DNA of 64,000 nucleotides from Octopus vulgaris (lineage: Eukaryota). Of this stretch, positions 39,767-56,232 are shown piece by piece. The first letter of the stretch is position 1, and every line of letters begins with the position of its first letter. The translations under genes and the position numbers were made by a program. Location of the stretch: positions 22,692,001 through 22,756,000 of the forward strand of contig OX597831.1 in NCBI GenBank assembly GCA_951406725.2, in the 5' to 3' direction. The notes below the pieces were generated by a model that saw only the letters and a program-made list of their open reading frames with translations, was not told the DNA's origin and made no database searches.

Positions 39767-40551
39767 GGGTTAGGATTTAGGGTTGAGTTTAAGGTCTATG
39801 TTTTAGAGTTAGGGTTAGGTTTTCGGTTAAGTTTAGGGTTAAGGGTTAGAGTGTAGGGTTTACGGCTGGGGTTTACGGTTAAGGGTTAGAATGTAGTGTT
39901 TAAGGTTAGGGTTTAGGGTTAGGGTTTAAGGTTAAGCGTTAGAGTGTAGAGTTTAAGGTTAAGGTTTAGGTTAGAGTTTCAGATTAAGAGTTAGAGTGTA
40001 GGGTTTAGAGTTAGGGTTAGTGTTTTGGGTAAGTTTAGGGTTAAGAGTTAGAGTGTAGGTTAGAAATGAATTTAGGGTTTAGGGCTAGGGTTTAGAGTTA
40101 GCGTTAGCGTTAGCGTTTGGGATAAAGTTAGGGTTTAGGGTTGGGTTGGGGTTAGGGTTGAATTTAAGTTTCGGGGTTGTGGTTTAGAGTTAGGGTTAGA
40201 GTTTCGGATAAGTTTAGGGTTAAGAGTTAGAGTGCAAGGTTAGAGTTGAATTTAGGGTTTAGGGCTTAGGGTTTGGGATAAGGTTAGGGTTTATGGTTAG
40301 GGTATAGAGTTAGGGCTGAGTTTAGGGTTTAGACTTAGGGTTAGTGTCAGGGTTTTGGATAAGGTTAGAGTGTAGGTTTAGGGTTGAGTTTAGGGCTTAG
40401 GTTGTTTAGAGTTAGGATTAGGGTACATGAGAAGGTTAGAGTTTAGGGTTCGGCTTAGAGTTAGGGCTAAGGTTAGGGTAAGAGTTAAGGATAAGATAGG
40501 AATAGGGTTAAATTTAGGGTTTAGGTTTAGTGTTAGAGTTAGAGTTAGGGT

Positions 40552-40554
<3 letters not shown>
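39767..40554 (+). repeat. Degenerate interstitial telomere-like (TTAGGG)n tract, with a short second tract at 40920-40950
   Basis: TTAGGG mixed with TTTAGGG, TTAGAG and TTAAGG variants. Confidence 0.9.
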
Positions 40555-42305
<1,751 letters not shown>

Positions 42306-42474
42306 TTCAATTGGATCAGAGTTGAGCTGAGATGAACGACGATAGGACATGAGAGAAATTGAACCCGAATTTCCCTCAGATCACCTCCCATGTTTCAGAA
42401 AAAGGCACAAGTAGTTCTTGGCAGCTAATGTGGCCAGTTGGTCGAATTGTGAGCGCATACGAGATGCATAATCT

Positions 42475-42950
<476 letters not shown>

Positions 42951-43534
42951 CGGCATTTCATATATATTTTTTACGAGTCTGGGTTCAAATCCCACCGAGG
43001 TCAACGTTACTTTTTATTCTTTCAGATTTGATAAAATTAAGGGTTAGTTAAGCATTGGAATCGATGTAATTTATTTGCCCCCTCCCCTCAAAATTTTTAG
43101 CCTTGGACCTTGCAACGAACCGGTGTTCTGTTCAGGAAAATGTGACTTTGGATGCTTAGACACCTTGGAAACGGGGTCACCGGCCTTACGATTCCTATGA
43201 TGGCTCAAGGAAAGACAAAAATCTTAGAGTCTTGTCAGCACTGACCAGGGGCCCAACTACAACAACAACAACAACAACATTAAATCAATAACGGAAATTT
43301 TGTGTGGCTGACTGACATGCTAGAAGTAGCTACTGAATCACACCTCACACTCGTTAAAAACGGAAGGATAGAGGAGAGTAATGTATCTTTTGATATATAG
43401 TGTTGAAGTAAAGACAGGTTCGCCATGGCTAGAACGTCTTCGGTGACAGTTGCTTTGGTATGTCATATTGTAAAGCCCCAAAGTGTAATATAGTGTAGGT
43501 GTCTATTGTGTGTGTAACTGTCTATAGGATTCGG

Positions 43535-43592
<58 letters not shown>

Positions 43593-43649
43593 ATGTGTGT
43601 ATATATATATACATATATATATATATGTGTGTATATATATATATTTCTG

Positions 43650-43684
<35 letters not shown>

Positions 43685-43702
43685 ATGTATATTTATATAT
43701 GC

Positions 43703-43746
<44 letters not shown>

Positions 43747-44003
43747 TGTATGTATATATATATATATATATGTATATATACTTATATGCATATTTATATA
43801 TGTATGTATATAATTATATATATGTATATATACATATGTACATATATATATATATTTGTATGTATATGTATATATATGTATATTTATATATGCATGTATA
43901 CATATATATATATATATGTAGGTATATATATGTGTGTATGTGTATATATCTATATATATGTATATATATATATGTATGTATGTATGTATGTATGCACACA
44001 CAC

Positions 44004-44092
<89 letters not shown>

Positions 44093-44523
44093 GCGTACTT
44101 CTGTTATGCAGATATCTTGTGATTAAGTGGTTATGTCTTTGTAAGATGCGTGTGTTTCATGCTGTGTAGGCGTGCGTGTAGGCACTGTCGTTGCTTAACA
44201 TACACCTGCAAACAACTCTATTTCAAAAATGGTTCCATCCGTGACCGTCTAGCTGGTTCTTATTTACAGTCATCGTCAATATTACACTACAATACCCAAT
44301 GTATTTGGAAACAGCAACATTTATATAAAAGGGATGAGGTAGATTTACGAGGGCTCTGACTGCTATTTCCAGCACTTCGGTAGACCATATGGTGGTTTTC
44401 TCGTCTCCGTAGGTGTTACGTGTAGGTGTGTGTGTAGGAGTATAAATATTATGGTGTGGGCGTTTGTGAGTCTGTAGGTGTACGCGGTGTAGGCGTCTTT
44501 CCGCTCACCTGTCTTTCATTCTT

Positions 44524-44632
<109 letters not shown>

Positions 44633-44633
44633 G

Positions 44634-44752
<119 letters not shown>

Positions 44753-45022
44753 ATATATATATATCTTCCTTCTTTCTTCCTTTCTTTTCTTTCTTTCTTT
44801 CTTTTCTTTCTTTCTTTCTTTCTTTCTTTCTGTTTCTTTCTTTCTTTCTTTCTCTTTCTCTCTCTCTCTATCTGTCTATATATACATACGTACACACCTA
44901 CGCATACAAACATGCATATATACATACATACACGCACAGGCATACACATACACACACAGGCATACATATGCACACACACATCTGTTTGTTTATGTATCAA
45001 TCCATACCTCCACACACACATG

Positions 45023-45057
<35 letters not shown>

Positions 45058-46110
45058 GCACTCACATATATAAACACGTGTTTGCGGTGTACATATATAC
45101 ATGTATGTATGTGCATATGTGTGTGCGCGAGTGTATACGCATGTATGTATGAGATCTATGAATGAAAGTATATGTACATACACATACATACATACATACA
45201 TACATACATACATACATACTTCACACACACACACACATACACACACACACACATATATATATATATACACATACACACACACACATATATATATACACAC
45301 ACACACAGAGAAAGGGAGAGAAAATATGCGTGGGGATGTGATACAATGCTCGTGTATCCTTCACCACTACACGGTAGAAAGTTACGCATTATATATTACA
45401 GTATAGGCTACAGTAGTTGTGTGGTCTTGATCAAATATATATAGTATATGGGAATGCGTGACTATGTGACATGGTGTGAAGTGTGTGCGTGTTAGTGCGA
45501 GTTTGTGTGTGTGTGTGTCTGTGTGTGAGAAGTTGCTATGCAGTTTTCAATGATTTTTAATTCTAAAGCAGTTCAGCACATTGCTGTGTGGTGTGCTGTG
45601 GTTTGTGTTGTAGTATATAAATAGTGCGGCTTGTTGTCTTGTCACTGTAGTAGTGCATGATGTAGTGCAGTACCAGAGCAGTGCGTTGTACTATCGTGCA
45701 TGATGTAGTATTGTATGTGTTGCAGCTTCATGTGGTTTAGTTATGATATATAATGTGCTGTAGTCTGTGTTACAGTATAGAGTGGTATAACGCAATGTAG
45801 CTTGTGACATAGTGTGCTGTGGTGATGCAGTATAGTCTGCAGTACAGCGTGGTTTATGGTGTAGTTTAATTTAGTATATGATGTAGTTCGCTGTGGTATA
45901 GTTATAACATGATGTGCTGTTGTTTATGATACAGCATAGTGGTATACTGCGATGTAGTTTGTGACACAGTATGATGTGGTGATGCAGTATAGCTTGCAGT
46001 GTAGTGTGGTTTATGGTGTAGTTTAATATTGTTTGTGATGTAGTATATGATGTAGCTCAGTGTGGTGTGTTATGGTATGATGGGCTACAGTTTATGATAC
46101 GGTTTAATAC

Positions 46111-46406
46111 AGTTTAGGGCCAGAGGTCAGAGGTCATCATACTACAGACGAGACAACCACTGCACGACAGGCTGTATCGTGATAATGGTGGTGGTAGTTG
46201 CCGTTGTTGTGGTTTTGTTGTAGTACTGATATTTGCGTGATAGTATAGGCATAGTAGTAGTAGTAGCAGTAGTGGTGGTGGTGGTGGTGGTGGTAGTGGT
46301 GGTGGTGGTGGTAGTAGTAGTAGTAATGGTGGTGGTGGTGGTGGTAGTAGTAGTGGTGGTGGTGGTGGTAGTAGTAGTAGTAATGGTGGTGGTGGTGGTG
46401 GTGGTG

Positions 46407-46440
<34 letters not shown>

Positions 46441-46729
46441 CCACGGCAGTAGCGTCTCTGGAGGTGGTGGTGGTGTGTTGTCTTGGCGGTAGTGTCACAG
46501 TATTGGTGTTGGCGTTGGTGCTGTGGTGGCGCTAGTATACTATCGTTGTTACAGTTGCGGCGGTAGTATTCCTTGTGATGTAGTATGGTGTGTGTAAATT
46601 GATGGCAGTACAGCTTGTAGTTGTTGTTGTGTGGTCTTCTGATACAGCCTGCCTGCCTGTCGTGCAAGTGGTGGTGGTCTAGTCTGTAGTACGATGGATG
46701 GATGACCTCTAACCTCTGGCCCTCAAACT
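46111..46729. repeat. Inverted repeat (arms 46111-46178 and 46641-46729) enclosing GTA/GTG-rich DNA
   Basis: AGTTTAGGGCCAGAGGTCAGAGGTCATC..CACGACAGGCTGTATC versus GATACAGCC..GTCGTGC..GATGACCTCTAACCTCTGGCCCTCAAACT. Confidence 0.8.
46124..46136 (+). promoter_or_regulatory. Perfect nuclear-receptor DR1 motif AGGTCAgAGGTCA
   Basis: Sequence match only; function is not shown. Confidence 0.25.
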
Positions 46730-47507
46730 TGCATCTCTGCTGCGTGTCTCCGCCGTCGTCGCCGCCAAACATAAACACCACCACCACCACCACCACCACT
46801 ACCACCACCACCACCACTACCACCACGGCCGCCGCCGCCGCCGCCGCCGTCATCATCATCATCATCGTTGTCGTCATCGACGCCGTCGCCGTCGCCTTCG
46901 CCACCACCGCGTTTAAGCAGGTCACGTGATGCTTAGTGTAAGAAACATGCGCTGAGCAGAAAAGAGTTTCTCTGTTTAGGAAGTTGAAGCCAATATGTTG
47001 TGTGTTGCTGCCTTGTAAAAAGAGAGAAGTAAGTTTCTGTTGCTGTTGTTGTTGTTGCTGTCGTAGTCGTCGTCGTCGTCGCCGTCGTGGTCGTCAGTGT
47101 TGTTGCTCTTGTTGTTGTTCTTCTTGCCATAGATGCTACTGTTGTTGTTGTTGTTGTTGTTTTTTACATCTTCTCCTTCTTCTCCTTGTTCATGCTGCTA
47201 CTGCTGTCGTCGTCGTCGGCGGCGCCGCTGCTGCTGTGGTCGTCGACGTCGACGTGGGTGCTGCTGTTGTTGTTGCTGCTGCCGACGCTGCCGATGCTGC
47301 TGCTGTTGGATTGTAGTTAGTAATTTCACTGTTGTAGTAGTTTATACTTGTTGTTTCTGCTGCTGCTGCTGCTGCTACTGTTGCTGCTGCTGCTGCGCCT
47401 GCTGCTGCTGATGATGATGATGATGTTTCTGTTGTTGTTGTTGTTGTTGCGTTGATCATCGTGATAATGGTGGTGGTAGTTGTTCTGTTGTTATTACAGT
47501 TACTGTT

Positions 47508-48480
47508 GTAGTTTTGTTGTAGTAGATATTTGCGTGGTAGTATAGGTGTAGTAAGCAGTGGTTGCTTTCTACTAGCAGTTTTGTTGTAGTACTAATATTT
47601 GCGTGTTAGTATAGGCATACTAAGCAGTGGTTGTTTTCTAGTAGGAGTTTTGCTGTAGTACTAATACTTGCGTGTTAGTATAGGCGTAGTAAGCAGTGGT
47701 TGTTTTTAGTAGCAGTTGTTATAGTACTGATATTTGCGTGGTAGTATAGGCGTAGTAAACAGTGGTTGTTTTCTTGTAGTAGTTTTGTTGTAGTACTAAT
47801 ATTTGCGTGTTAGTATAGGTGTAGTAAGCAGTAGTTGTTTTTAGTAGCAGTTTTGTTGCGGTACTGGTATTTGCGTGGTAGTATAGGCGTAGTAAACAGT
47901 GGTTGTTTTCTAGTAGTAGTTTTGTTGTAGTACTAATACTTGCGTGTTAGTATAGTCGTAGTAAGCAGTGGTTGTTTTTAGTAGCAGTTTTGTTGTAGTA
48001 CTAATATTTGCGTGTTAGTATAGGCATACTAAGCAGTGGTTGTTTTCTAGTAGTAGTTTTGTTGTAGTACTAATATTTGCGTGTTAGTATAGGCGTAGTA
48101 AGCAGTGGTTGCTTTTAGTAGCAGTTTTGTTGCGGTACTGGTATTTGCGTGGTAGTATAGCTGTAGTAAGCAGTGGTTGTTTTCTAGTAGTAATTTTGTT
48201 GTAGTACTAATATTTGCGTGGTAGTATAGCTGTAGTAAACAGTGGTTGTTTTCTAGTAGTAGTTTTGTTGTAGTACTAATATTTGCGTGGTAGTATAGCT
48301 GTAGTAAGCAGTGGTTGTTTTTAGTAGCAGTTTTGCTGTAGTACTGATATTTGCGTGGTAGTATAGGTGTAGTAAGCAGTGGTTGTTTTATAACAGTAGT
48401 TTTGTTGTAGTGCTGATATTTGCGTGGTAGTATAGGCATAGTAAATAGTGGTTGTTTTTTAGTAGCAGTTTTGTTGTAGT
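47508..48480. repeat. Minisatellite, ~68-69 bp x ~14
   Basis: Unit AGTTTTGTTGTAGTACTAATATTTGCGTG(G/T)TAGTATAGGCGTAGTAAGCAGTGGTTGTTTT(C)TAGTAGC. The anchor TTGCGT occurs 14 times. Confidence 0.95.
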
Positions 48481-48796
48481 GGTGCTGTTCTTATATTGCT
48501 TTTGCTTGGTACATTATTGGTGTTGGCGTTGGTGCTGAGGTGGCGCTAGTATACTATCGCTGTTACAGTTGCGGTGGTAGTATTCCCTTTAGAGTTCTTG
48601 TAGTGTCGTTCGAAGTGATGGCTGCGGTGGTAGTATTGACTGTTCTACCAGTTGTGCTGGTGGTAGTAGTGACTTACTTCCGTGCTGTTGTTTGGGTGAT
48701 AGTATTGGCTGTGGTAGTGTCAATCGTGGTGGTAGTAGTTGATGTAGTTTTAGTTGCAGTGCCGGTATAACAACTGTTGCTGCTGCTGTGATTGCT

Positions 48797-48833
<37 letters not shown>

Positions 48834-48908
48834 AAGTAGTAGTAGTAGCGGCGGTAGTTGTGGTGGTGCCGGTATTGGCACTAGTGGCAGTTGTCTCGTC
48901 ACGTTCCT

Positions 48909-48958
<50 letters not shown>

Positions 48959-49225
48959 TGTAGTAGCCACTGCAGTAGCGTGTCTGGTGGTGGTGGTGGT
49001 GGTGGGTTGTCTTGGCGGTAGTGTCACAAGTAGTGTGGTCGCGTTGAGCCGTGGTGCGGTGGTAGCGTTGCCGTAGTGGTTGAGGTGGTAGTGTCACTAG
49101 TGGTAGTACAGAACAGTTATTGATGTTCGTGATACGATTGTTGCAGTATCGGTTGCAGTATCGGTCGTAGTTCCGGCAGTGGTGTTGTGTTGTGGTGATG
49201 ACCATAGTAGTGTCATCGCAGTTGT

Positions 49226-49290
<65 letters not shown>

Positions 49291-49291
49291 T

Positions 49292-49343
<52 letters not shown>

Positions 49344-49522
49344 CAGCAACAACAACAGAAGCAGCAGCAGTAGTAGCAGCAGCAACAGCAGTAGTAGAAG
49401 TAGTAGTAGTTATTGTTGTAGTATTGTGGTTGTGTTGGAGACGTGGTAGTCGTTGTTGTTGTGGTGTTGTGGTTGCGGTGGTAGCACTGCTGTTGTTGTC
49501 GTTGTTGTCGTCGTCGTCGTCG

Positions 49523-49557
<35 letters not shown>

Positions 49558-49879
49558 GATGTAGTGGTGGCAGTGTTGTGGTGAAGTATTAGTGTCATGA
49601 TAAACGATACAGTATCGGAGATAGTATTTGTGGTTACAGATAAATGAACATGATATTGCAGTTAGGGAGTTAGTGTACAGATCCACTCTTAATTATTATT
49701 CCTTGGAACCAGCATGACAGTTTGGGCGCTAGTACGTGCTACTGCTATAGTAGTTTGCGACATAGTAGATGCTGTGGTAGTGTCTTGGTGCCAGTATGGC
49801 AGTGGGGATTTTAGAGGTGGTGTGATATTGTTATAGTAGTTTGTGATATAGCAGTTGTGGTTGTGTCTTGGTGACAGTA

Positions 49880-50560
49880 TCATAGTATGGGTGGTAGTAA
49901 TGATGTGGTACTGGTGTAGTAGTTTGTCATGTATGTGTCGGTACCAGTATGACAGTATGGGTGGTGGTAATGATGTGGTACTTGTGTAGTAGTTTGTGAT
50001 GTAGTAGTTTGTTGTATAGTGTGTCGGTGCCAGTATGACAGTATGGGTGGTAGTAATGATGTGGTACTGGTGTTGAAGTTTCTGATGTAGTAGTTTGTTG
50101 TATAGTGTGTCGGTGCCAGTATAACAGTATGGGTGGTAGTAATGATGTGGTACTTGTGTAGTAGTTTGTGATGCAGTAGCTTGTATAATGAGTCGGTGAC
50201 AGTATGGGTGGTGGTAATGATGTGGTACTGGTGTTGAAGTTTCTGATGTAGTAGTTTGTTGTATAGTGTATCGATGACAGTATGGGTGGTAGTAATGATG
50301 AAGTACTTGTGTAGTAGTTTGTGATGCAGTAGCTTGTTGTATAATGAGTCGGTGACAGTATGGGTGGTAGTAATGATGTGGTACTGGTGTTGAAGTTTCT
50401 GATGTAGTAGTTTGTTGTATAGTGTGTCGGTGCCAGTATGACAGTATGGGTGGTAGTAATGATATGATACTGGTGTAGAAGTTTCTGATGTAGTAGTGTG
50501 TTGTATAGTGTGTCGGTGCCGGTATGACAGTATGGGTGGTAGTAATGATGTAGTATTGGT
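49880..50560. repeat. Minisatellite, ~70-86 bp x ~9, with alternating variants
   Basis: Anchor AGTATGGGTGGT(A/G)GTAATGAT occurs 9 times. Confidence 0.9.
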
Positions 50561-50754
50561 GATTTAGTGCCAGTATGGTTGTGTATACTGTTGTTGTTTT
50601 GGCGGTAGTATTGATCCACTCTTAAGTCACCTTTTAGCCAACATGTGGTGCTGCAGTTGTGGTGGTAGTGCTCTATCTCCCAGCTAACATGTGGTACAGG
50701 TATTGTAGTATGGTAATGATGATGTTGTTGTTGGAGTTGTAGTATTATTGCAAG

Positions 50755-51060
50755 GTTATTGCTACAGTTTAGGTAACAGTACTGAGGTGATGTTACTGCG
50801 GTAATATTGAAGTAATGTTACTGTTTAGGTAATAGTACTGAGGTGATGTTGCTGCTAGAGTTTAGGTAACAGTACTGCGGTACTGTTACTGTTACAGTTT
50901 GAGTAATAGTACTGAGGTGATGTTGCTGGTACAGTTTAGGTAACAGTACGGTGGTAATGTTGCTGCTACAGTTTAGGAAATAGTATTGTAGTACCGTCGT
51001 GATGTTGCTCTTACAGTTTAGGCTACAGTACCGTGGCGATGTTGCTATTGTTGTTTAGGC
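50755..51060. repeat. Diverged ~37-bp minisatellite
   Basis: Approximately 8 units resembling TACAGTTTAGGTAACAGTACTGAGGTGATGTTGCTG. Confidence 0.8.
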
Positions 51061-51140
51061 GCTAGTGTTGGTGTGGTTCATCCGGTTAACAAGATCTCAA
51101 TCCTGATAGATTTATAAATCCTGTGTGTATGTATATTTGT

Positions 51141-51224
<84 letters not shown>

Positions 51225-51241
51225 ACCCGTGCGTGTCTTTG

Positions 51242-51276
<35 letters not shown>

Positions 51277-51355
51277 GCGTGTGTGTGTATGTATTCACAC
51301 GCAGTCACACACATATATATGTACATATTATACACGTACATATATACATGTGTGA

Positions 51356-51400
<45 letters not shown>

Positions 51401-51409
51401 GCCGTGTGT

Positions 51410-51550
51410 GCGTTTGTGTGTGTTTATATGCGTGTGTGTGTTTATATGCGTGTGTGTGTTTATATGCGTGTGTGTGTTTATATGCGTGTGTGTGTTTATA
51501 TGCGTGTGTGTGTTTATATGCGTGTGTGTGTTTATATGCGTGTGTGTGTC
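51410..51550. repeat. 18-bp tandem repeat x ~7
   Basis: (GCGTGTGTGTGTTTATAT)n. Confidence 0.9.
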
Positions 51551-51710
51551 TATGTATTCACACACACACGCGCACACACACATATATATATATGCCCTTA
51601 TACCTGTGTGCGTGTATATACCCGTGTGTGTTTGTGTGTATTTATATGCGTGTGTGTCTATGTATTCACACACATACTCACATACACACACACACACACA
51701 TATATGCCTT

Positions 51711-51742
<32 letters not shown>

Positions 51743-51839
51743 GCAGAGGTGGGTGGAAGGAGACGGACGAGAGGAGGAGGCGTAGGAGAGAAGGGGGTCA
51801 TTAATGTGAAGGGTCCATTTCGTGGCGGCGGCAGTATCG

Positions 51840-52260
51840 GCAGCAGTAGCAGTAGTAGTAGTAGTAGTAGTAGTACTGTAGTAGTAGCGGTGGTGGTGGT
51901 GGTGGTGGTAGTGGTAGTGGTGGCGGTGGTGGTAGTGGTAGTGTTGGTGGTGGTGGTGGTGGTGGTGGTAGTGGTAGTGGTGGCGGTGGTGGTAGTGGTA
52001 GTGTTGGTGGTGGTGGTGGTGGTAGTGGTAGTGTTGGTGGTGGTGGTAGTGGTAGTGTTGGTGGTGGTGGTAGTGGTAGTGTTGGTGGTGGTGGTGGTGG
52101 TAGTGGTAGTGGTGGCGGTGGTGGTAGTGGTAGTGTTGGTGGTGGTGGTGGTGGTAGTGGTAGTGTTGGTGGTGGTGGTAGTGGTAGTGTTGGTGGTGGT
52201 GGTGGTGGTAGTGGTAGTGGTGGTGGTAGTGGTAGTGGTGGCGGTGGTGGTAGTGGTGGT
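51840..52260. repeat. (GTG/GTA)n trinucleotide array
   Basis: Direct reading. It is the source of the poly-V and poly-T ORFs. Confidence 0.95.
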
Positions 52261-52689
52261 GAGTGGGGTATCGTGTTTATTATGTGTCGTATTTATTTTC
52301 ACAAATTGTCGTTATTATTATAGTTCGGGTAGTAGTTCATTAGTGGTGGTGGTGCTGGTGTTAGTGGTGGTGTCGGTTGTAAGTTCTTTGGACTTGTTGC
52401 ACATTGTGTGCCGATATAGTAGTAGTATCGGTGGTAGTGTGCGCAGTGGTCATCGTATCGTTGAAGCGACAACAGCACGGCAGTGATGGCGGCGGCGGCG
52501 GCGGCGGCGGCGGTGATGGTTGAAGTGAGAGATGATGACGGTGATGACAATGATGATGATGATAATGATGATGGTGGTGGTGGTGGTGGTGGTGGTGGTA
52601 GTGGTTACGATGATGATGATGATGATGATGTATATCTACTCACTGTTCATGCTACTTTGATTTTTCTATACTTTTTCTCCTTCATTGCT

Positions 52690-52747
<58 letters not shown>

Positions 52748-52854
52748 TAGTAGTAGTAGTAGTAGTTGTTATTGTTGTTGTTTGTTGTCATTCATACCCG
52801 TTGTTGTTGCCGTTCCTAAGAAAACAAAGGTTACGCACACACACACACACACAG

Positions 52855-52894
<40 letters not shown>

Positions 52895-54068
52895 CAAACA
52901 TACACACGCGCACACTCGCGTGCAAATACTAACGCACGCGCACACACACACTTACGCACACGTGCGCAAACACGTACAATACACGCATATTGCAAGCGCA
53001 CGCACGCAGACACACATACACTCACACACATACACACATACACACACACACAAACATAAGCCAAGCGCAAGCACACAGAGAAACACACTCACACATACAC
53101 ACATATACCATATACATAACTACATACGCATACAAATACACGCACACACAAACATGCGCACTAACGCAGACATACACACACACACACACACACCCACACA
53201 TATATATATATATATATACACAAATATACACACGTACACATACATAGACATACACACAAATATTTCTTGTATTTTTTTCTTTGGCTTCTTTTACTGCGCA
53301 ACGGCCAGGCTGGAGTGCTTTCCTCGAGTGTTGTTTTTATTGATTATATCGACCTCAGAATTTGTATCGATCTGTAATTATCGAACCGATAATTTACGGG
53401 ATGTAAGGGGACAAAATATCCACAATTCCGATTTAAAACTATTAGCATAGACATAAACATACACACACACCCCCTACACACACACACACACAAACATTCA
53501 TACATGCATACATACATATATACATGCATACATGCACGCATACGTAAGTACATATATACACGCATATATATTATGTTCATTCATGCACGCATGCATACGC
53601 ACATATATGCGTGCGTGCATGCATACATTCGTAAATGCATGCATGTCTATGCATGCACACACATACGCGCACACATCCATATACACACACATTCACATAT
53701 GCAGATGTGGTATTCGCGGTTATAAAGGAGAGATTCATATATGTATAACTATATATATACGTACATACATACCTACATGCACACACAAACACACACATAT
53801 ATATATATATATATATACATATAGACACATGCATAAACATACACACATATATATATATATATATATATAAGTGTGTGTATGTGTGTGTATGTATCTTTAT
53901 GTATATGTATATGTGTGTTTATATCTATACGTACATATATATATATATATATATAGAAGATATTAAATTCAAAGAACATATATATATGTACGTATAGATA
54001 TAAACACACATATACATATACATAAAGATACATACGCACACATACACACACTTGTATATATATATATA

Positions 54069-54114
<46 letters not shown>

Positions 54115-54341
54115 TGATCCAGCATGACCGCAACCGCATGGCTGAATCGCGTAAGAGTGTACAAATGTATACATATATATACATATATAAAAATACACAC
54201 ACATACACACAACACACATACACACAACACACACACACACTCATATATATACACACACATACATATACCACAACTGTGGCACTTTTTCGCGGTAATATGT
54301 TTACATTTACATATATATATATATACGTGTGTGTGTGTGTG

Positions 54342-54403
<62 letters not shown>

Positions 54404-55078
54404 TGTGTGTGCGCGCGAGAGTGTGAATTTCGTTTAGTATATGCGCGCACGTATGAAATATAAGCGAATGTGTGTCTATGTGTCTACGTATCCAAGTGTC
54501 TAAGTGTAAGGAAATGCGCTCATATTGCAAGTGTGCATGGGTGCGTGTATAGGCGAGTGTATGCAAGTGGTGATGCTGGTGGTGGTTGAGGGGTATATAT
54601 ATGTAAATGTGAGTGCGTTGTATGTAATCGAAAAATTGATAAATACATCTGCACACTGTAGGCATGACACTTCCAGAACGTAAATACACATAACATCCAT
54701 ATAAAATATGTATTCGCTCCATATCTTTCCTCCCCACTCTCTCAGTTTTACATCTCCGCCGCTGCCCGCTCCTCCTGCCTCTCTCAGTCTCTGTCTATTT
54801 CTCTGACTCTCTCTCTCTCTTCTCTCTCTTACTTTCTCTTTTAATGTCTTTCTCTCTGTTCCTCCACCCCTTTATACTCTATCTACTCCTCCACCATCAA
54901 TGTTAGCTTTGTTAACTTAGCTTGTATTAAATATGTTAACAACATCTTAACTAATGTCTAGAACGTAAGTTGCATGTAAACTTAGGTTGCACAAAGCGTA
55001 TGCGTGCGTGTATATAAATATGTGTGCGTGTATATAAATATGTGTGCGTGTATATAAATATGTGTGAGTGTATAGATA

Positions 55079-55114
<36 letters not shown>

Positions 55115-55226
55115 TGTATGTATGTATGTATGTATGTATACGTTTATATACAGTTAAGTATGTGTTCGGTCAATATAGTGACCAATCGCTTCGTATCTAC
55201 AAAGGGCCTAGCCACATGGACGGCTC

Positions 55227-55261
<35 letters not shown>

Positions 55262-55485
55262 TATGCGATAGTGTATATTTATATACACATAAGGAATCTA
55301 CACTTAGGGTGAAGATTCAGTACATTAGAGAGCCACAAAAATAATGGACAAGATTCGACAGGAACAAAATTTGAAAATGAAAAACATTTACCATTTAGAA
55401 CATATATTGAACATATATATATATTTATTTATAAAAAATAAGTTTGAAAACGCCGCTATATAAGATTAATTTTAATTTTCTTAGA

Positions 55486-55534
55486 GATTTTACATGTTTC
55501 GGTTCTTCCTGGAAAACCGAACCTTATCAAAAAT
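55486..55534 (-). ncRNA. Decayed hammerhead motif in a Penelope-like remnant
   Basis: attt-TTGATAA-ggttc(loop)gaacc-GAAA-catg-TA-aaat. Stems I-III are consistent and the core is mutated. Confidence 0.45.
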
Positions 55535-56194
55535 ATTTTTAAAAGTTAAGTGTAATAAAAAAAGTTCATAATTGTTTCTTACTGATCTCTACAGAGACCA
55601 CGTGGTGGTGTTTTGTGCGGGGGTGGCATAATGGCTGTCTTGTGCGTTGGCTAGATTCGTTGGCTGTAATCGTGAAAATGATTGTTGGCCGTAATATATA
55701 TATATAGACTGCGTCTGACTGTGGTCACTGCCACATCGATATTCTTCCCTGTGCTTGTGAAAGTTTTGTATCTCTGCCGTAAGGCTTCATTTCCACACAC
55801 GCCAGCTGAATTCAATTCGTCCCCAGTCGAAAGACACCTGTTGTTATGTCCTGTTATTATTATTATTATAAATCTTATTGTATTTTGTATTTACATTCGT
55901 GTAACATCGTCTGTTTTTCCGTCCTTATTTTCGTATACATTCGATGCTTTCTTCCAAGGAATCTAATACTCTTAGCTTAGTTTTTCCTTGGGGCTGGCCA
56001 GATTGGAGCAATCTCCATATTAATCAGCCGAAATTGCGAGGATGATCCGGTTCTTGACTGAGGATAGAAAGCTTCGAATGACCCGTCCTTGTTTTTTTTT
56101 TTTTTTTTGTATCGTCTATCTGGATGTTTTGTTGTCCCTTTTTGTATCAGCTAGTTGTCCGGATGTTTTGCGTTCTTGTCCCATTTCGTATTTA

Positions 56195-56232
<38 letters not shown>

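Noticed and set aside
46137-46925. 262-aa His/Tyr/Val-rich minus-strand ORF
   Set aside because: It is built from triplet repeats and an inverted-repeat mosaic, with no splice or domain support.
47508-48480. Regular repeat array considered as CRISPR-like
   Set aside because: Units are contiguous with no unique spacers, there are no cas genes, and the context is eukaryotic.
51356-52486. 376-aa ORF, the longest in the window
   Set aside because: It is an 18-bp repeat plus a (GTG/GTA)n poly-Val run, and stop-free only because of repeat composition.
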